A stretch of 54,617 nucleotides of DNA from a virus (lineage: Duplodnaviria > Caudoviricetes), in the IMG/VR virus record IMGVR_UViG_3300031949_000858, positions 1 through 54,617 of that record. One strand, given 5' to 3'. Under the pieces are notes generated by a model. It made no database searches and was not told the origin of the DNA. It saw only the letters and a list, made by a program, of their open reading frames with translations. This document shows positions 26,709 to 37,006 of this stretch, one piece after another. Each line of letters begins with the position of its first letter. Position 1 is the stretch's first letter. The position numbers and the translations under genes are program-made.

Positions 26709-27917
26709 ATGCGCGAGATGCGAGTGATTGTTCTAGCAGTCTGCGCTGCGGTATTGCTTCAGCCAGTCGGCGCGCGGGCCTGGGTTCTCTTCGCCGCGTT
26801 CAACCCTTCTCCGCAGGCGTGGACTACTACCTACGAGAGCGACCCGACGAATAATGATTCGATCGCGCTAAGCGACGACCATCACCGGCAGGGGAAAACA
26901 GAGACCCGCGACCGAGCCGAAGTCGAACACGACTGGGGCTCTGGACTAGGGAATGTCACGACCGATACCGGCCGCCACCTGGAGGGCTCTGCGCGGTGCT
27001 TTGTCCAGACCAGCGCGCCATCGGTAACGGGTTCGATTGCTGCGACCTGTATTGCCGAAACCGACCGAAACGGCAACCGCGGCTGCGATGAAGGCCGTTG
27101 CTGGGTGGATACCGATGGGGCGGATGGCGTACTTGGGGGCGCAGGAGCCGCAGACGACTATACGTATAACATTGCGTTGGATACTGACGCCGATGGGGAT
27201 GCCGATAGCTGGCAGGTGACAAAGAGCGATACGGCAGGTGGGATCGGTGGAACTGTTCCAACCAACGCGATGATCCTTTGGGATACTAGCTCTACTTGTC
27301 CCGCTGGGTATTCCGAGGCGACTGAGTGGCGGAACCTTTCGATTCGAGGCGCCGACATTGCAGTAGCCGACGCGAACGTTCCTAACAGTGCGGGTACTAG
27401 CTGTACTGGGTCAAGTGCGCCAGCGGGCTGCGGAGCGGCAGGCGGAACAGCCAACTACAACGACACCAGCGACGCGAGCGAGATTGTTTCCCATACCCAT
27501 ACGGGGCCATCGCATAGTCACAGCGTTACCACCAGTAACCATACCCATACGGGTCCTTCGCACGCGCACACAATTGCCCATACCCACGATACAACGATCG
27601 GCAACCACGGCCATACGCTACAGATCGACCATAGCTCAACGGGTGGCAGTTCTAGCACTCCAGCTCAATCGGTCGACGATGGCGGTGCGCCCGACGACAC
27701 GTCGCCCGTTCTCACGGACCTAACTGGCGGAGGCACTTTCGTCAGTAGCGGTACCAGTACAGCAAACAGCGGCAGCGGCGGAACCGGCTCGACTGGCAGC
27801 AACGGTGGCGAGTCGCTTACCAGCGGGAACGGCGGAACAGGCGCGACGGGTTCGGCTGGCGGCACTCAGCCCTCACTGGGCCCGTTTAGAACTGCGCTCT
27901 TCTGCAGAAAAACCTGA
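26709..27917 (+). CDS. Tail fibre with collar-like domain and predicted signal peptide
   Basis: MREMR-VIVLAVCAAVLLQPV-GARA|W; P...D....DDHHR..K anchor-like motif; VPTNAMILW...CPAGY; HTH/HSH repeats; C-terminal PFRTALFCRKT. Confidence 0.75.
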   Translation: MREMRVIVLAVCAAVLLQPVGARAWVLFAAFNPSPQAWTTTYESDPTNNDSIALSDDHHRQGKTETRDRAEVEHDWGSGLGNVTTDTGRHLEGSARCFVQTSAPSVTGSIAATCIAETDRNGNRGCDEGRCWVDTDGADGVLGGAGAADDYTYNIALDTDADGDADSWQVTKSDTAGGIGGTVPTNAMILWDTSSTCPAGYSEATEWRNLSIRGADIAVADANVPNSAGTSCTGSSAPAGCGAAGGTANYNDTSDASEIVSHTHTGPSHSHSVTTSNHTHTGPSHAHTIAHTHDTTIGNHGHTLQIDHSSTGGSSSTPAQSVDDGGAPDDTSPVLTDLTGGGTFVSSGTSTANSGSGGTGSTGSNGGESLTSGNGGTGATGSAGGTQPSLGPFRTALFCRKT

Positions 27918-27920
27918 CCC

Positions 27921-29684
27921 ATGCCTAGCAACCTCGGGACCCCCCGCCAACGCCGCTTCGACCGTTCGGGCCAGAAGACGAACGAGGCTCTCGAGGCGAT
28001 TTCGGCGGGGCAGAAAATCGTCATAACCGCACCCTTCGGCGGGTTCTGCCCCGATCTAGGGCCGAACATTGCGGACTTTCGGGACTGCTCCGAGCTGAGA
28101 GGCTTGATCAGCCTTGGGGGGCGGTTGGTGCCGGCGCCGGGCTTTATCCGGCTGGGTACGGCGACCCTGCCCCTCGGCGATGCGAGTCCGCCCGCTGCTG
28201 CAGTGGATGCCCAGCCGGTGACTGGGCTGCTTAGCTACCGGGATTCGTTGGTCTCGGGGGGCACGAACCGCCGGTATGCAGTTACAGCGAACACGACTCT
28301 CGGGCGGTTCTATGAGCTGGTGGGGAGTACTTGGACCCATATTCCCTATACCGGGGCGGGGGCGGGCCTTTCGGGGAGCAGCGCGGGGGCAGGCGCTGCG
28401 CAGACCCTCTGTGACTTTGCTAGCTATCCCGCGGCGAATTCGATCTATCTGTCGAATGGGTTCGATGCGGTTTATGTGTATGTACCTGGGGCGGCGAACT
28501 ACACCGAATTTACTGCAGGTGCCTTTACCCCGTTCAAGGCGCGAACCATCTGTACCGCGTTTGATCGGGTGTTTTTTCTAAACACTACTGAGGCCGGCAG
28601 CGCTCGGCCGTTTCGGCTCCGCTATACGAATCGCTCGGCTACTCCCGATCTAACCAGCCTAGGTAGTGGGCAAATTGACTTTCTCGAAGTCTCAAGCGAA
28701 GGGACTGCGGTTCGGCGGATTGGAAACTTTCTCGCCGTTTACTTTAAGCGGGGAACTGCGTTCCTTCGGGAAACTGGCGATGTATTCGACCCGTTTCGGA
28801 GAGAATATATTTCGACCAGCCGCGGGGTGATTGGGCCGTACGCGGTGACTGATCTGGGAACGGGGCGGCATTTTGGGATCTTCAACGACGGTTGGTTCTT
28901 TCTGGACGATGACGGAAAGTTTACCGAGGCGGGCCAGCGAGCGACGGAGCTGGCCGTTTTCTCTAAGTGGACGCGAACCTTCTACCAGCAGCTTAATACC
29001 GAACAGCTTGGCCGGACGTTTGTTCAGTATGATCCGCTGTTTCGGATTATCTGGGTTCTCTGGACCGATACGAGTAGTAGCCACCCGAACCGGTTATGGG
29101 CGTATGATACGACCAGTGATACTGTTTGGCCGCTGGAGACAAACTTCCCCGAAATGCCCAATGTACTCCAGCTCTATACGAGCTTGAGTGATACGGTTAC
29201 CTACGCGGGGGCGGGGGGCTTGTTCTATGATACGACTACTCAGAGCTATTCCCAGTTTGAAATTCGAGAGGGCTTGGACCTACTGAGCTACGGAACCCGA
29301 AGTGGTCTAGTACTTACGCAAGACCCGCGCCTGATTACGGTAGATAGCATGGTTCCAACTTGGCAGTACAAGACCTTCAAAAGCGCCCTGGGCCGGCCGG
29401 ATCTAATCAAGACCTGGAGCAAGCTACAGGCGACGTATGTACAGAGCGAGCTAGCGCCCCCGTTTAATGCGGTTCTACATGCAGATAGCCAAGCGGTTTC
29501 GGTCCCGTTAGAGCAAGTGAACGAAATGCCAGGCGACCCCTCGTTGGACTATGCGAACGAAATAGTCTCTGGCGTGACTATCGGAACCGAAGTATCCGGC
29601 CAGCATCCCGTCGCGATAACGGATCTGTTGATCGAACTAAGGTATGATGGCGGTGAGGCTCTGAAACCAGAAGGGGCGGTGTAG
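27921..29684 (+). CDS. Tail nozzle / tail tubular protein B-like (beta-propeller)
   Basis: 587 aa; LAVYFKRG, RGVIGPYAV, WAYDTTSDTVW. Confidence 0.75.
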   Translation: MPSNLGTPRQRRFDRSGQKTNEALEAISAGQKIVITAPFGGFCPDLGPNIADFRDCSELRGLISLGGRLVPAPGFIRLGTATLPLGDASPPAAAVDAQPVTGLLSYRDSLVSGGTNRRYAVTANTTLGRFYELVGSTWTHIPYTGAGAGLSGSSAGAGAAQTLCDFASYPAANSIYLSNGFDAVYVYVPGAANYTEFTAGAFTPFKARTICTAFDRVFFLNTTEAGSARPFRLRYTNRSATPDLTSLGSGQIDFLEVSSEGTAVRRIGNFLAVYFKRGTAFLRETGDVFDPFRREYISTSRGVIGPYAVTDLGTGRHFGIFNDGWFFLDDDGKFTEAGQRATELAVFSKWTRTFYQQLNTEQLGRTFVQYDPLFRIIWVLWTDTSSSHPNRLWAYDTTSDTVWPLETNFPEMPNVLQLYTSLSDTVTYAGAGGLFYDTTTQSYSQFEIREGLDLLSYGTRSGLVLTQDPRLITVDSMVPTWQYKTFKSALGRPDLIKTWSKLQATYVQSELAPPFNAVLHADSQAVSVPLEQVNEMPGDPSLDYANEIVSGVTIGTEVSGQHPVAITDLLIELRYDGGEALKPEGAV

Positions 29685-29685
29685 C

Positions 29686-30246
29686 GTGTCGAAAGTTCCG
29701 AGCAACATCGCAGTAGGTCTAGACCTCGGCCGGGTCGACTGGTCGCCGAGAGAACGGCTCATGCTGGGCCGGATCGACAACGGGGTAAAGAGCGCGAATC
29801 GGCGAGCGCGGTTGATCGGCGATATTTTGAACAAAGAGGTCTCTGCGGGGTACCCCGAGGACGAGACAGGGGTTCCCGTTTCACAGAATATCCGAGGGGG
29901 CTGGGCGAGAGCGGTTTTGACCAACGCGAACCAGCTCGCTAACGGAGCTGGAGCCCCAGTTGTCTTCACCCATAACCTGAACCTGCCACTGGTACTGGTG
30001 ACGGGGAGGGCCTACAATCACTTCAATGTGTATCCCGTAGTTGTCCGAGCGATCTACGGCGATCGAAGCGGAACGAACGCAGCCCCCGCCGCGCCTGCGG
30101 CAGCCGCCGGACCCACCTCGCTCTTGTTGCTACTGGGCGACGCAGTAACGGCGAACACTGTAGCAGTACGGGTGTATAGCGGGTTGACTATTGGAGCAAC
30201 TACGCCACTGACACTTGATGTGTTCTGGGCGCCCTGCTTGAAATGA
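29686..30246 (+). CDS. Tail-associated protein
   Basis: FTHNLNLP motif; follows the nozzle gene. Confidence 0.6.
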   Translation: MSKVPSNIAVGLDLGRVDWSPRERLMLGRIDNGVKSANRRARLIGDILNKEVSAGYPEDETGVPVSQNIRGGWARAVLTNANQLANGAGAPVVFTHNLNLPLVLVTGRAYNHFNVYPVVVRAIYGDRSGTNAAPAAPAAAAGPTSLLLLLGDAVTANTVAVRVYSGLTIGATTPLTLDVFWAPCLK

Positions 30247-30259
30247 AAAGGGATAGTCC

Positions 30260-30514
30260 ATGTTGAATGGCTGGAAAACCCATGGTTTCGCGGGTGCCCT
30301 CGTTCTAAAGGGGTTCGTTGCGCTGGGAACCGGCGCTACGGCAGATGGCCCCGCGCTCGAGCCCGTCACGTTCGACAATCTAGAGCAACAGCTCGAACGG
30401 GTCGCTGCGGGAGCGCCTTCGCAGCAGCAGAACCGCTCGAGCGCGCTGAACGATATTCTCCTCGGAGGGGGGCTCTCTGCTCTGCGGAGCGGGGTGAAGC
30501 GGGAGCGGCTGTGA
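30260..30514 (+). CDS. Small hypothetical protein (possibly membrane-associated or holin-like)
   Basis: NGWKT N-terminus, hydrophobic segments, GLSALRSGV. Confidence 0.5.
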   Translation: MLNGWKTHGFAGALVLKGFVALGTGATADGPALEPVTFDNLEQQLERVAAGAPSQQQNRSSALNDILLGGGLSALRSGVKRERL

Positions 30515-30930
30515 TACGGCCGGCTACTATTTTCGACCTCCCCTTTGCGTTCCGGTGCTGGCGGGGGATCTGGAAAGGGTATCCACCGCTGCCGTTTACC
30601 GAAGAGGAAATGCTAGCCACGCAAACAGCCCTCTTCATCGACGTAGTAAGCGAGAAGCGGGGTGGTGTGTGCTTGCTGGAGCCAGGGAAGTCGTTTGTAC
30701 TAATGTACGGGGAGCTTCCAGTCCTACGGGCAGTCGGTACGTATGTAGTACCGGAAGCAAGAAAGCTAGGGCTCGGAAGCGCACTGTGGCGGGCTGCACA
30801 GGGCGAGGCCAAGCGGAAGGGGTATGCCCGGATTTTCGGCAGCCGCTACGTAGGGAATGACAACAGCGAATTCTGGACGGCCCGAGCAGGTTGGAAGGAA
30901 CTTGAGATGACTTATGTAAGGGATCTTTAG
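30511..30930 (+). CDS. GNAT acetyltransferase
   Basis: IRPAT..D; YVVPEARKLGLGSALW acetyl-CoA motif; positioned before the ejection genes as in T7 gp13-like arrangements. Confidence 0.85.
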   Translation: MIRPATIFDLPFAFRCWRGIWKGYPPLPFTEEEMLATQTALFIDVVSEKRGGVCLLEPGKSFVLMYGELPVLRAVGTYVVPEARKLGLGSALWRAAQGEAKRKGYARIFGSRYVGNDNSEFWTARAGWKELEMTYVRDL

Positions 30931-30931
30931 T

Positions 30932-32329
30932 ATGGCGACAACAGCGGCACTACTCGCAGCAGCAGCCATCGGCGCGGGCGGGAGTATCTATTCCGCCAAG
31001 ATCAACTCGCAGGGCGCTGGCGGCGTCACCCAAGCCACCAACCCGAATAACCCGATTCTGAACCAGCTCCTCGGGGTGAAGAAGATCACCCATAAGGCTG
31101 GAGACGATGCTGGAACCAGCGAGTTTGTTCGGAACAAAAAGAACCCCGGCCTCTTCGGCGGCCAGCAGTTTCAAGACGCTCTCGGCGCTTATACGTATGG
31201 TGGACAGGGGCCGACGACTGCCGAACAAGACCTAATCAATCAACTAACCGGGGGAGCCGGCGCCGCGTTATCGAACACACAAGGGCTCTTGAACGCGAAC
31301 ACCGGCCGGTATGATCAGCTATTTGGTAGTGCAGGGAACGTGTTTAGCCAAGCGGCTCAGCCCGGCTTCTCAGTCGGCTCGAATATCACCCAATCGACAC
31401 CGACTGACTTCTCTCGAGCGATCGATACTGCTGGGCAAACAGCAGAGATCGATCCACGGCTGCTCGAAACGGGCTTTGGGAACCGACTCGACCCGGAGCT
31501 GCTGGCGACCGGATACCGGCAAAGTGCCCAGCCACTTTATAACGAGGCGATTTCGCAGTTCCAGCGCGAGGCGCTCCCTGAGCTGGCCGAGCGGGTTGGC
31601 GCCTATGGGGGCGGGCTGCAGAGTACCGGGTTCCAGGACTCGGCGAATCGAGTCATTCAGAACCTTCTCGCCGAAGCCTCCCGGCAAGATGTCGCGCTGG
31701 GGGAGAGCGCGGCGGGTCGGCGAGCGACGGGCCAGCTCGCCCAAGGGCAGCTCGACGACGCAGCGAGCCAACGCCGAGCCCTCGCAGCGCTCCAGCAGGC
31801 CGGTTTTATCGATGCAGCGACGGCGAGAAAAGCCGAAGCCTTGATCCGAGAAGGCGAGCTGAACTTTGCCGCCGGCGAAAGCGCAAAGCAGCGAGACCTC
31901 CAGCGAGCCGGCCTGCAGCTATCCGACGCGCAGCGCCGAGACAGTACGCAGCTAGGGGCTCTTGGGCTGCAGGGGAACTTTCTGGGGCAGCAAAACCAGA
32001 ACGCCCTTGCCTCACTAGCGCTGGGCCCGACCTACGCCAGTGATATTCTTGGGTTGAACCAGCAGCTTCGCGGCGAGCAGAACGCCCTAGCGAAACGGCC
32101 CCTCGATGTGTTTTCACAGCTCTCGGGGCTTTCGACACCGCCTCAGTTGATCCAGCAAGGGTTCAACCCGCAGGGGAGCGGAACCGCTAACCTGCTGGGT
32201 TCGTTTGCTGGGGCGTTTGGCGGCGCGGGCGGTGGCGGGAACATTTTCGGTGTCCCTAACAACCCCGGTGGCGCGACTGGCACCCCCCCAATCAACCCCG
32301 GCTTCGGGGGTCTCTCTTACCCGGGTTAG
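30932..32329 (+). CDS. Putative DNA ejection / internal virion protein
   Basis: AAAAIGAGGSIYSA N-terminus, Q/G/A-rich. Confidence 0.7.
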   Translation: MATTAALLAAAAIGAGGSIYSAKINSQGAGGVTQATNPNNPILNQLLGVKKITHKAGDDAGTSEFVRNKKNPGLFGGQQFQDALGAYTYGGQGPTTAEQDLINQLTGGAGAALSNTQGLLNANTGRYDQLFGSAGNVFSQAAQPGFSVGSNITQSTPTDFSRAIDTAGQTAEIDPRLLETGFGNRLDPELLATGYRQSAQPLYNEAISQFQREALPELAERVGAYGGGLQSTGFQDSANRVIQNLLAEASRQDVALGESAAGRRATGQLAQGQLDDAASQRRALAALQQAGFIDAATARKAEALIREGELNFAAGESAKQRDLQRAGLQLSDAQRRDSTQLGALGLQGNFLGQQNQNALASLALGPTYASDILGLNQQLRGEQNALAKRPLDVFSQLSGLSTPPQLIQQGFNPQGSGTANLLGSFAGAFGGAGGGGNIFGVPNNPGGATGTPPINPGFGGLSYPG

Positions 32330-32338
32330 GAGCGTCCG

Positions 32339-34171
32339 ATGTCACTGGTGGATATTCTCCGGCAAGTGTTGGGGGGCGCTGGACCCGTTCCCGGCGAGGT
32401 GGGGCAGCGAGCGCAGCAGCAGCAGCTTGCTCTCCCACCCGATCAGCGCCGCCCGAAGCGAACCCTTCAGAGTGAGTTTGGAGGGAAGGAATTCGCGCCA
32501 AGTGGCTCGTTACTTAACTTTACCGGGGGGACTGTCTTCCCGGTGGATGAGAGAGCTGCGATTGCGCAGAACGGTGGGATCTTGCTGCAGGAGCTGCAGA
32601 GGCAGTTTGGTGGACAGCCAGGCCAGCCTGGCCAGCCAGCCCCGCAGCAGCAGCAGCAACCGCCCCCGCAACCGTTCGGAGGCCAGCCAAGCGGTGAGCG
32701 AGTCCTTGGTCAGAACCAAGGCCAAGGCGCCTTCACCCCAGCGCCGAATACCAACACCGGCAGCGACCAGGCCAGGTTCAAAGCGATGGCCCAGGCCGTC
32801 GACGAGCTGTTCCAAAGCCAAGCTGCCCAGCAAGCGAGCCAGGCCAAGCTACAGCTTGGAATGCAGCAGGCAGAGCAGCAGCGGGGAACCGAAACCGCTC
32901 AGGCCCAGTACGAAGCGCAGCAAGCACAGCAAGAGGCTGAAGCTACCGCTCAGCAAGAGGCCGCGAGTGCTGGACCGTTTCAGGTTCAGGTCGATTCCGG
33001 CTCGCCGCTTGCTCAGCGGCCGGTTTCGTTCGATAAGCCGCTTTCGCAACTTCCCAGCAGCTTCGACGCGCTCCTGACTGGCGCTGCACAGGGACAGAGC
33101 CCCGGAACGTCACTCCAGCCGGGGGCCCAGCAACAGGCGCCGGGGAACCCGCCACAGCTGGGCCAGCAACAGCAACCGGGCCTCCCTAGCGCTCTCCAAG
33201 GGCTCCGGGTCAATACGGGGCCGACGAAGACCAGTACGCAGGGGGGCTACCGAAGCGAAGTACTCGACGAAGGACCATTCGGCACCAACACCATTGCCGT
33301 TCCTTATCAGCAGCAAAGCGTTTCGCCGAATGAACTCGGCCCCGAAGATATTCTCGCGGCTCGGCAAAGCGAAGAGGCGAATCGAGTCGCTGGCCAGGTT
33401 GCAGGGGCGCGGGCGACTGCACAGGCAGAACGAGATGCCGCTACTGAGCGCTACCGAGATGCACAGCTGAAGGTTCAACAGGGGCGGCTTGCTGTGTATG
33501 CCCAGAAGGTGAATGCCGATGCTGCGGCGAAACGAGTGGGGAAAAATATCACCCTTTCGCCGGGCGAAAAGAAAGCCGACGAAGCGTATGGTAAGTACTA
33601 CGCTGAGCTGAACGAGGCGGGTGGGTTTGCCGGAATAGAGGCGAACCTGAGTAAGCTAGAACGGGTGCGGAAAGCGTTGCTCCCTGTTAAACAGGGTGGA
33701 GAGGGAAAGCCGCTTACAGGTGGGTTGAAGCGCCTTCTCCCAGAGGGAGCGCGAATTGCAGCCGGCGATACCGAATCTGTGAACGCTGCGCAGACTATCG
33801 CCAGCGTGGTACAGCAAACTGCGCGGCAGATTCTAGGTGCCCAGTATACGCAGAAAGAAGGCGAAAACCTGGTCAACCGCGCATATGATATTCGACTGTC
33901 GCCGGCAGAGAACGCGCGAAGGCTCGAGCTGTCTATTGGGCAGATTCGGGGCCAGCTAGCCGAAAAGCAACGGGAAGCTACGTATTTCGAAGAGAACGGC
34001 TCGCTGAAGGGGTTCAAGAGGAATACAGCGCCAACGATTCCAGGCGACCAAACGGTGAGCCAGCCGACTGGCGAGAGCAGTACCCGTATCCGCATACGAG
34101 ACCCAAAGACCGGCCGAATGGGCTGGGCGAATAGCATAGAAGAGGCCCGTGGGTATGAGGTGGTGCAGTAA
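32339..34171 (+). CDS. Putative DNA ejection protein
   Basis: 610 aa, Q-rich; ILGAQYTQKEGE motif. Confidence 0.7.
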   Translation: MSLVDILRQVLGGAGPVPGEVGQRAQQQQLALPPDQRRPKRTLQSEFGGKEFAPSGSLLNFTGGTVFPVDERAAIAQNGGILLQELQRQFGGQPGQPGQPAPQQQQQPPPQPFGGQPSGERVLGQNQGQGAFTPAPNTNTGSDQARFKAMAQAVDELFQSQAAQQASQAKLQLGMQQAEQQRGTETAQAQYEAQQAQQEAEATAQQEAASAGPFQVQVDSGSPLAQRPVSFDKPLSQLPSSFDALLTGAAQGQSPGTSLQPGAQQQAPGNPPQLGQQQQPGLPSALQGLRVNTGPTKTSTQGGYRSEVLDEGPFGTNTIAVPYQQQSVSPNELGPEDILAARQSEEANRVAGQVAGARATAQAERDAATERYRDAQLKVQQGRLAVYAQKVNADAAAKRVGKNITLSPGEKKADEAYGKYYAELNEAGGFAGIEANLSKLERVRKALLPVKQGGEGKPLTGGLKRLLPEGARIAAGDTESVNAAQTIASVVQQTARQILGAQYTQKEGENLVNRAYDIRLSPAENARRLELSIGQIRGQLAEKQREATYFEENGSLKGFKRNTAPTIPGDQTVSQPTGESSTRIRIRDPKTGRMGWANSIEEARGYEVVQ

Positions 34172-36225
34172 TGCCGATCGAGTGGGACCAGACACCAACA
34201 CCTGGCGTTACATGGGATGATGAAGAGCCAGCTAGCTCGGTAATCTCTCCCCCCTTCCAACCCTCTTTCGGCCAACCCGACCCCGAAAAGTACCGCGCTG
34301 ACCTAGCCCAAGGCGCCAAGAGCACTCTGGCCGGGGCGCTCTCGTTCCCGTTCGTCGATCGAGGTGTCGCAGGGGCTGGAGCGGCACTCGGTATCGGGGA
34401 AGGGTATGAGCCAAACCTTGCCGCACTTCGCGAGTTCATCGCAGCGGGACAAGCAGCGAACCCAGGAGCCGCCTTTGCGGGATCGATGCTTACGCCAGTT
34501 CCTCTCCCTCGGGGCGCTGGTGCAGTAGCCAAGCTAGGGCAGGAAGGGATATCCGGTGTAAAGGCTGCGCTCTCTGCGCTGGGGCGCGGCGCGAAAACAG
34601 GAGCGCTTCTCGGAACGGCTCAAGGGGCTAGTAGCGCACCCGACTTGACCGATCTCTCCGACGTGGCCACGCGCTCTGCGAAAGGTCTTGGACTGGGAGC
34701 CGCGCTTGGCGGAGTTGCCGGGCTCCCCGCCGCTGCCGTAGCAAGCCGAGCGGGTACCGCCGCAGGGCAGGTTGAGCGCGGCGCGCAGGCCCAGGGGATT
34801 CTTACCAGGGAAGAGGCGGCGGCAGCGAGCGAAGCGGCCCGGGTTGCCGGAAACCGCCAGAGAGCCGTCGACTACCAAGATTCTCTCACCGCTGCCAAGC
34901 AACAGGTCGCGGCGAATAAGCAGCTCGCGGCGGCCGAAACCGAACAACGAGTCGAAGCTGCCTTCCAAACGGCGAGAGCCCCCGGCCCCGAGAAGGCGCT
35001 CCCCTACTTCGGGCTCGAGGATTCCGCAGGAACCCGCGCCTTCGGAACCCGGCTGCCGGGCGAGGCAATCGCCGAAGGGGCGGTGCTCTGGGGGAAGCCA
35101 CTGCCGGGGGCGCCCGGGAAAACCTGGGGAGACCTCGCCCAGCTTCCGATCCGAAAGGGTCGGGAGGCCGCAACAGCAATCCGAGAGACCACCGGAGCAA
35201 GGCTAGGAACGCTTCGGGATGAGCTTCAAGTGGCCAGTAAAGGGGCTCCGTTAGATGGGAGAGAGCTTGGCCGGCGCTTTCGCGACCTAGTAGGGCCGAA
35301 CCCAAGCGAAGGCGAAAAGGGAGTCATCGCAGAGCTACAAGGGATCGTCAAGCGAGCCAGCCCCCAGGAGAAGCCAAGTGGGCTAGTAGACCTTCAAGGG
35401 AACCCGATTGAAGCGAATGCCCCGATTCAGCTCGATGCAAAGGGGCTTCGTTCGGTGATCCGCTCGGTAGAGGAAGCCATGGGGCTTGAAGGTGGGAACG
35501 TTCCCCAGGTTCTCAAGGATGCCGATGGGAGGCTGCTGTTCCGCGCTCGCCAGCAGCTTGTCGAAAAGGAACAAGAGCTGTTCACCCGATACCGGCCCGA
35601 CCTGGCGCCAGAAGCCGAACAGCTTCGCGCTCAGTACCGGGAGGCTCGGATTGTCGAAGGCGGAAAGATCAAACAAGAGCAACGGCTCAACAGTGGGGCG
35701 AGTGAAGAAACCGCGACTCGAGGGCTCCCTACGCGGGCGGAGATCAAAAGGGCCACGAGCCCCTTGCCGCCAGAAGCAGTTGCAGTTCCGCAGAAGCCCG
35801 CTTCGACACCTAAAGCGGCCCCGCCGGGGAAGAGCGAAACAGAGCAGCTCTCGAGAGAACGGAGCCGCTTGGAGCAGAGCGCTACGCCGAATCGGTTTGC
35901 CAATACAGTGCTAAAAGAGGCAGGTGGTGCAGCGGGCGGCGCGGCTGGCTTCCTTTTCGGTGGCGGGTTCCCCGGTACATATATGGGTCGAGAAGGCGGC
36001 TATAGGGCGGCGGAACAGATAGCGGATCGCTATTTCAAAAAGGTTACGCCCACTATAAAAGAGATCGCTGCTCTCTCCGGTGAAGGCAGGGCACGTTTAC
36101 AACGGTTGGCGCCTGTGCTAGATAAGCTCAGTGGGCTAGGCGATAGGGCTGCCCGCGCTTATCACCAGTCGCTTTTGGTTGGCTCAGCCGACTACCGAGC
36201 GCTAGTAGAAGAGATCGGGGAATGA
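34171..36225 (+). CDS. Putative DNA ejection protein
   Basis: 684 aa, G/A-rich membrane-like helices. Confidence 0.7.
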   Translation: MPIEWDQTPTPGVTWDDEEPASSVISPPFQPSFGQPDPEKYRADLAQGAKSTLAGALSFPFVDRGVAGAGAALGIGEGYEPNLAALREFIAAGQAANPGAAFAGSMLTPVPLPRGAGAVAKLGQEGISGVKAALSALGRGAKTGALLGTAQGASSAPDLTDLSDVATRSAKGLGLGAALGGVAGLPAAAVASRAGTAAGQVERGAQAQGILTREEAAAASEAARVAGNRQRAVDYQDSLTAAKQQVAANKQLAAAETEQRVEAAFQTARAPGPEKALPYFGLEDSAGTRAFGTRLPGEAIAEGAVLWGKPLPGAPGKTWGDLAQLPIRKGREAATAIRETTGARLGTLRDELQVASKGAPLDGRELGRRFRDLVGPNPSEGEKGVIAELQGIVKRASPQEKPSGLVDLQGNPIEANAPIQLDAKGLRSVIRSVEEAMGLEGGNVPQVLKDADGRLLFRARQQLVEKEQELFTRYRPDLAPEAEQLRAQYREARIVEGGKIKQEQRLNSGASEETATRGLPTRAEIKRATSPLPPEAVAVPQKPASTPKAAPPGKSETEQLSRERSRLEQSATPNRFANTVLKEAGGAAGGAAGFLFGGGFPGTYMGREGGYRAAEQIADRYFKKVTPTIKEIAALSGEGRARLQRLAPVLDKLSGLGDRAARAYHQSLLVGSADYRALVEEIGE

Positions 36226-36404
36226 CCGTAAGTCGGATTATCGGATTCGGGACCAGCACTCTTATGATCTGGTGGTTCCAGGGTTACATTACGCCCTGGC
36301 AGATTATCATTGGTCTGTTCTTGACCATTGGAGCCAAGACGGCACTTGACTACCTATTGCCGCCGGTGGAACCGCCCGTGACAGAGCGAACAGAGGGTCT
36401 CTAG
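36222..36404 (+). CDS. Small two-TM membrane protein
   Basis: Hydrophobic, coupled to the upstream gene. Confidence 0.55.
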   Translation: MTVSRIIGFGTSTLMIWWFQGYITPWQIIIGLFLTIGAKTALDYLLPPVEPPVTERTEGL

Positions 36405-36725
36405 CTCGCGGCCTGTTTCGCTCCCGAGTGTTCGGTAATGAAGGTGGTTTACTTCGAGGCGTTCTGTCGCCCCGCAGCGCCGACACCGCTCGCCGTCCCG
36501 CTCGAGCACGAGCTTTCTAATGCGCCGCCAGCGGTGGCTTTTTAGATAGACCTGATAAGCCGGTCGAACCGGGTAGGGCCTCGGGTAGGCTACGTCGGTC
36601 GGAGGGTCTGTCGGTAATGGCTCTCTTCGGCGCCGCTCTCGTTCTCTGATCCGGGCTGCTCGGCGTTCCCAAGCGGCTTGGGTGGCTTGGCTGGGGTTGG
36701 TTGTTTTAGCTTGTGCTTTTCGCAT
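36354..36725 (-). CDS. HNH endonuclease
   Basis: YLKSHRW...VLERDGERCRRC...LEVNHLHY...LETLCSLCH; ATG at 36725 inferred. Confidence 0.8.
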   Translation of the reverse strand: MRKAQAKTTNPSQATQAAWERRAARIRERERRRREPLPTDPPTDVAYPRPYPVRPAYQVYLKSHRWRRIRKLVLERDGERCRRCGATERLEVNHLHYRTLGSETGRELETLCSLCHGRFHRRQ

Positions 36726-36745
36726 ACCCTTCCCATTCTTACACA

Positions 36746-37006
36746 ATGAAGGTAGCGGTTTACGAAACCTATTGGGTCCCTGGTGCCCGTGCCATTGCTT
36801 ACTTTGGCCAAATTTCGGCGGAGTCTTACTCTCCCGACTTCGATACGGCAGTGGCGGAAACCGTTGAAGCACTCTGTGTACAGGCTCGGGGATGCGGGGC
36901 TAACGCAATTGTATCACTCAGGGTGGACTGTGACCCATTCGGTGGCCAGCTTAGCGTAGAGAGCATGGGTACAGTAGTGAAGGTAATGGAGGAGAGTACG
37001 CTATGA
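36746..37006 (+). CDS. YbjQ/UPF0145-like protein
   Basis: VPG..AIAYFG; A.EAL..QA...GANAIVSLRVD...MGTVV. Confidence 0.75.
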   Translation: MKVAVYETYWVPGARAIAYFGQISAESYSPDFDTAVAETVEALCVQARGCGANAIVSLRVDCDPFGGQLSVESMGTVVKVMEESTL

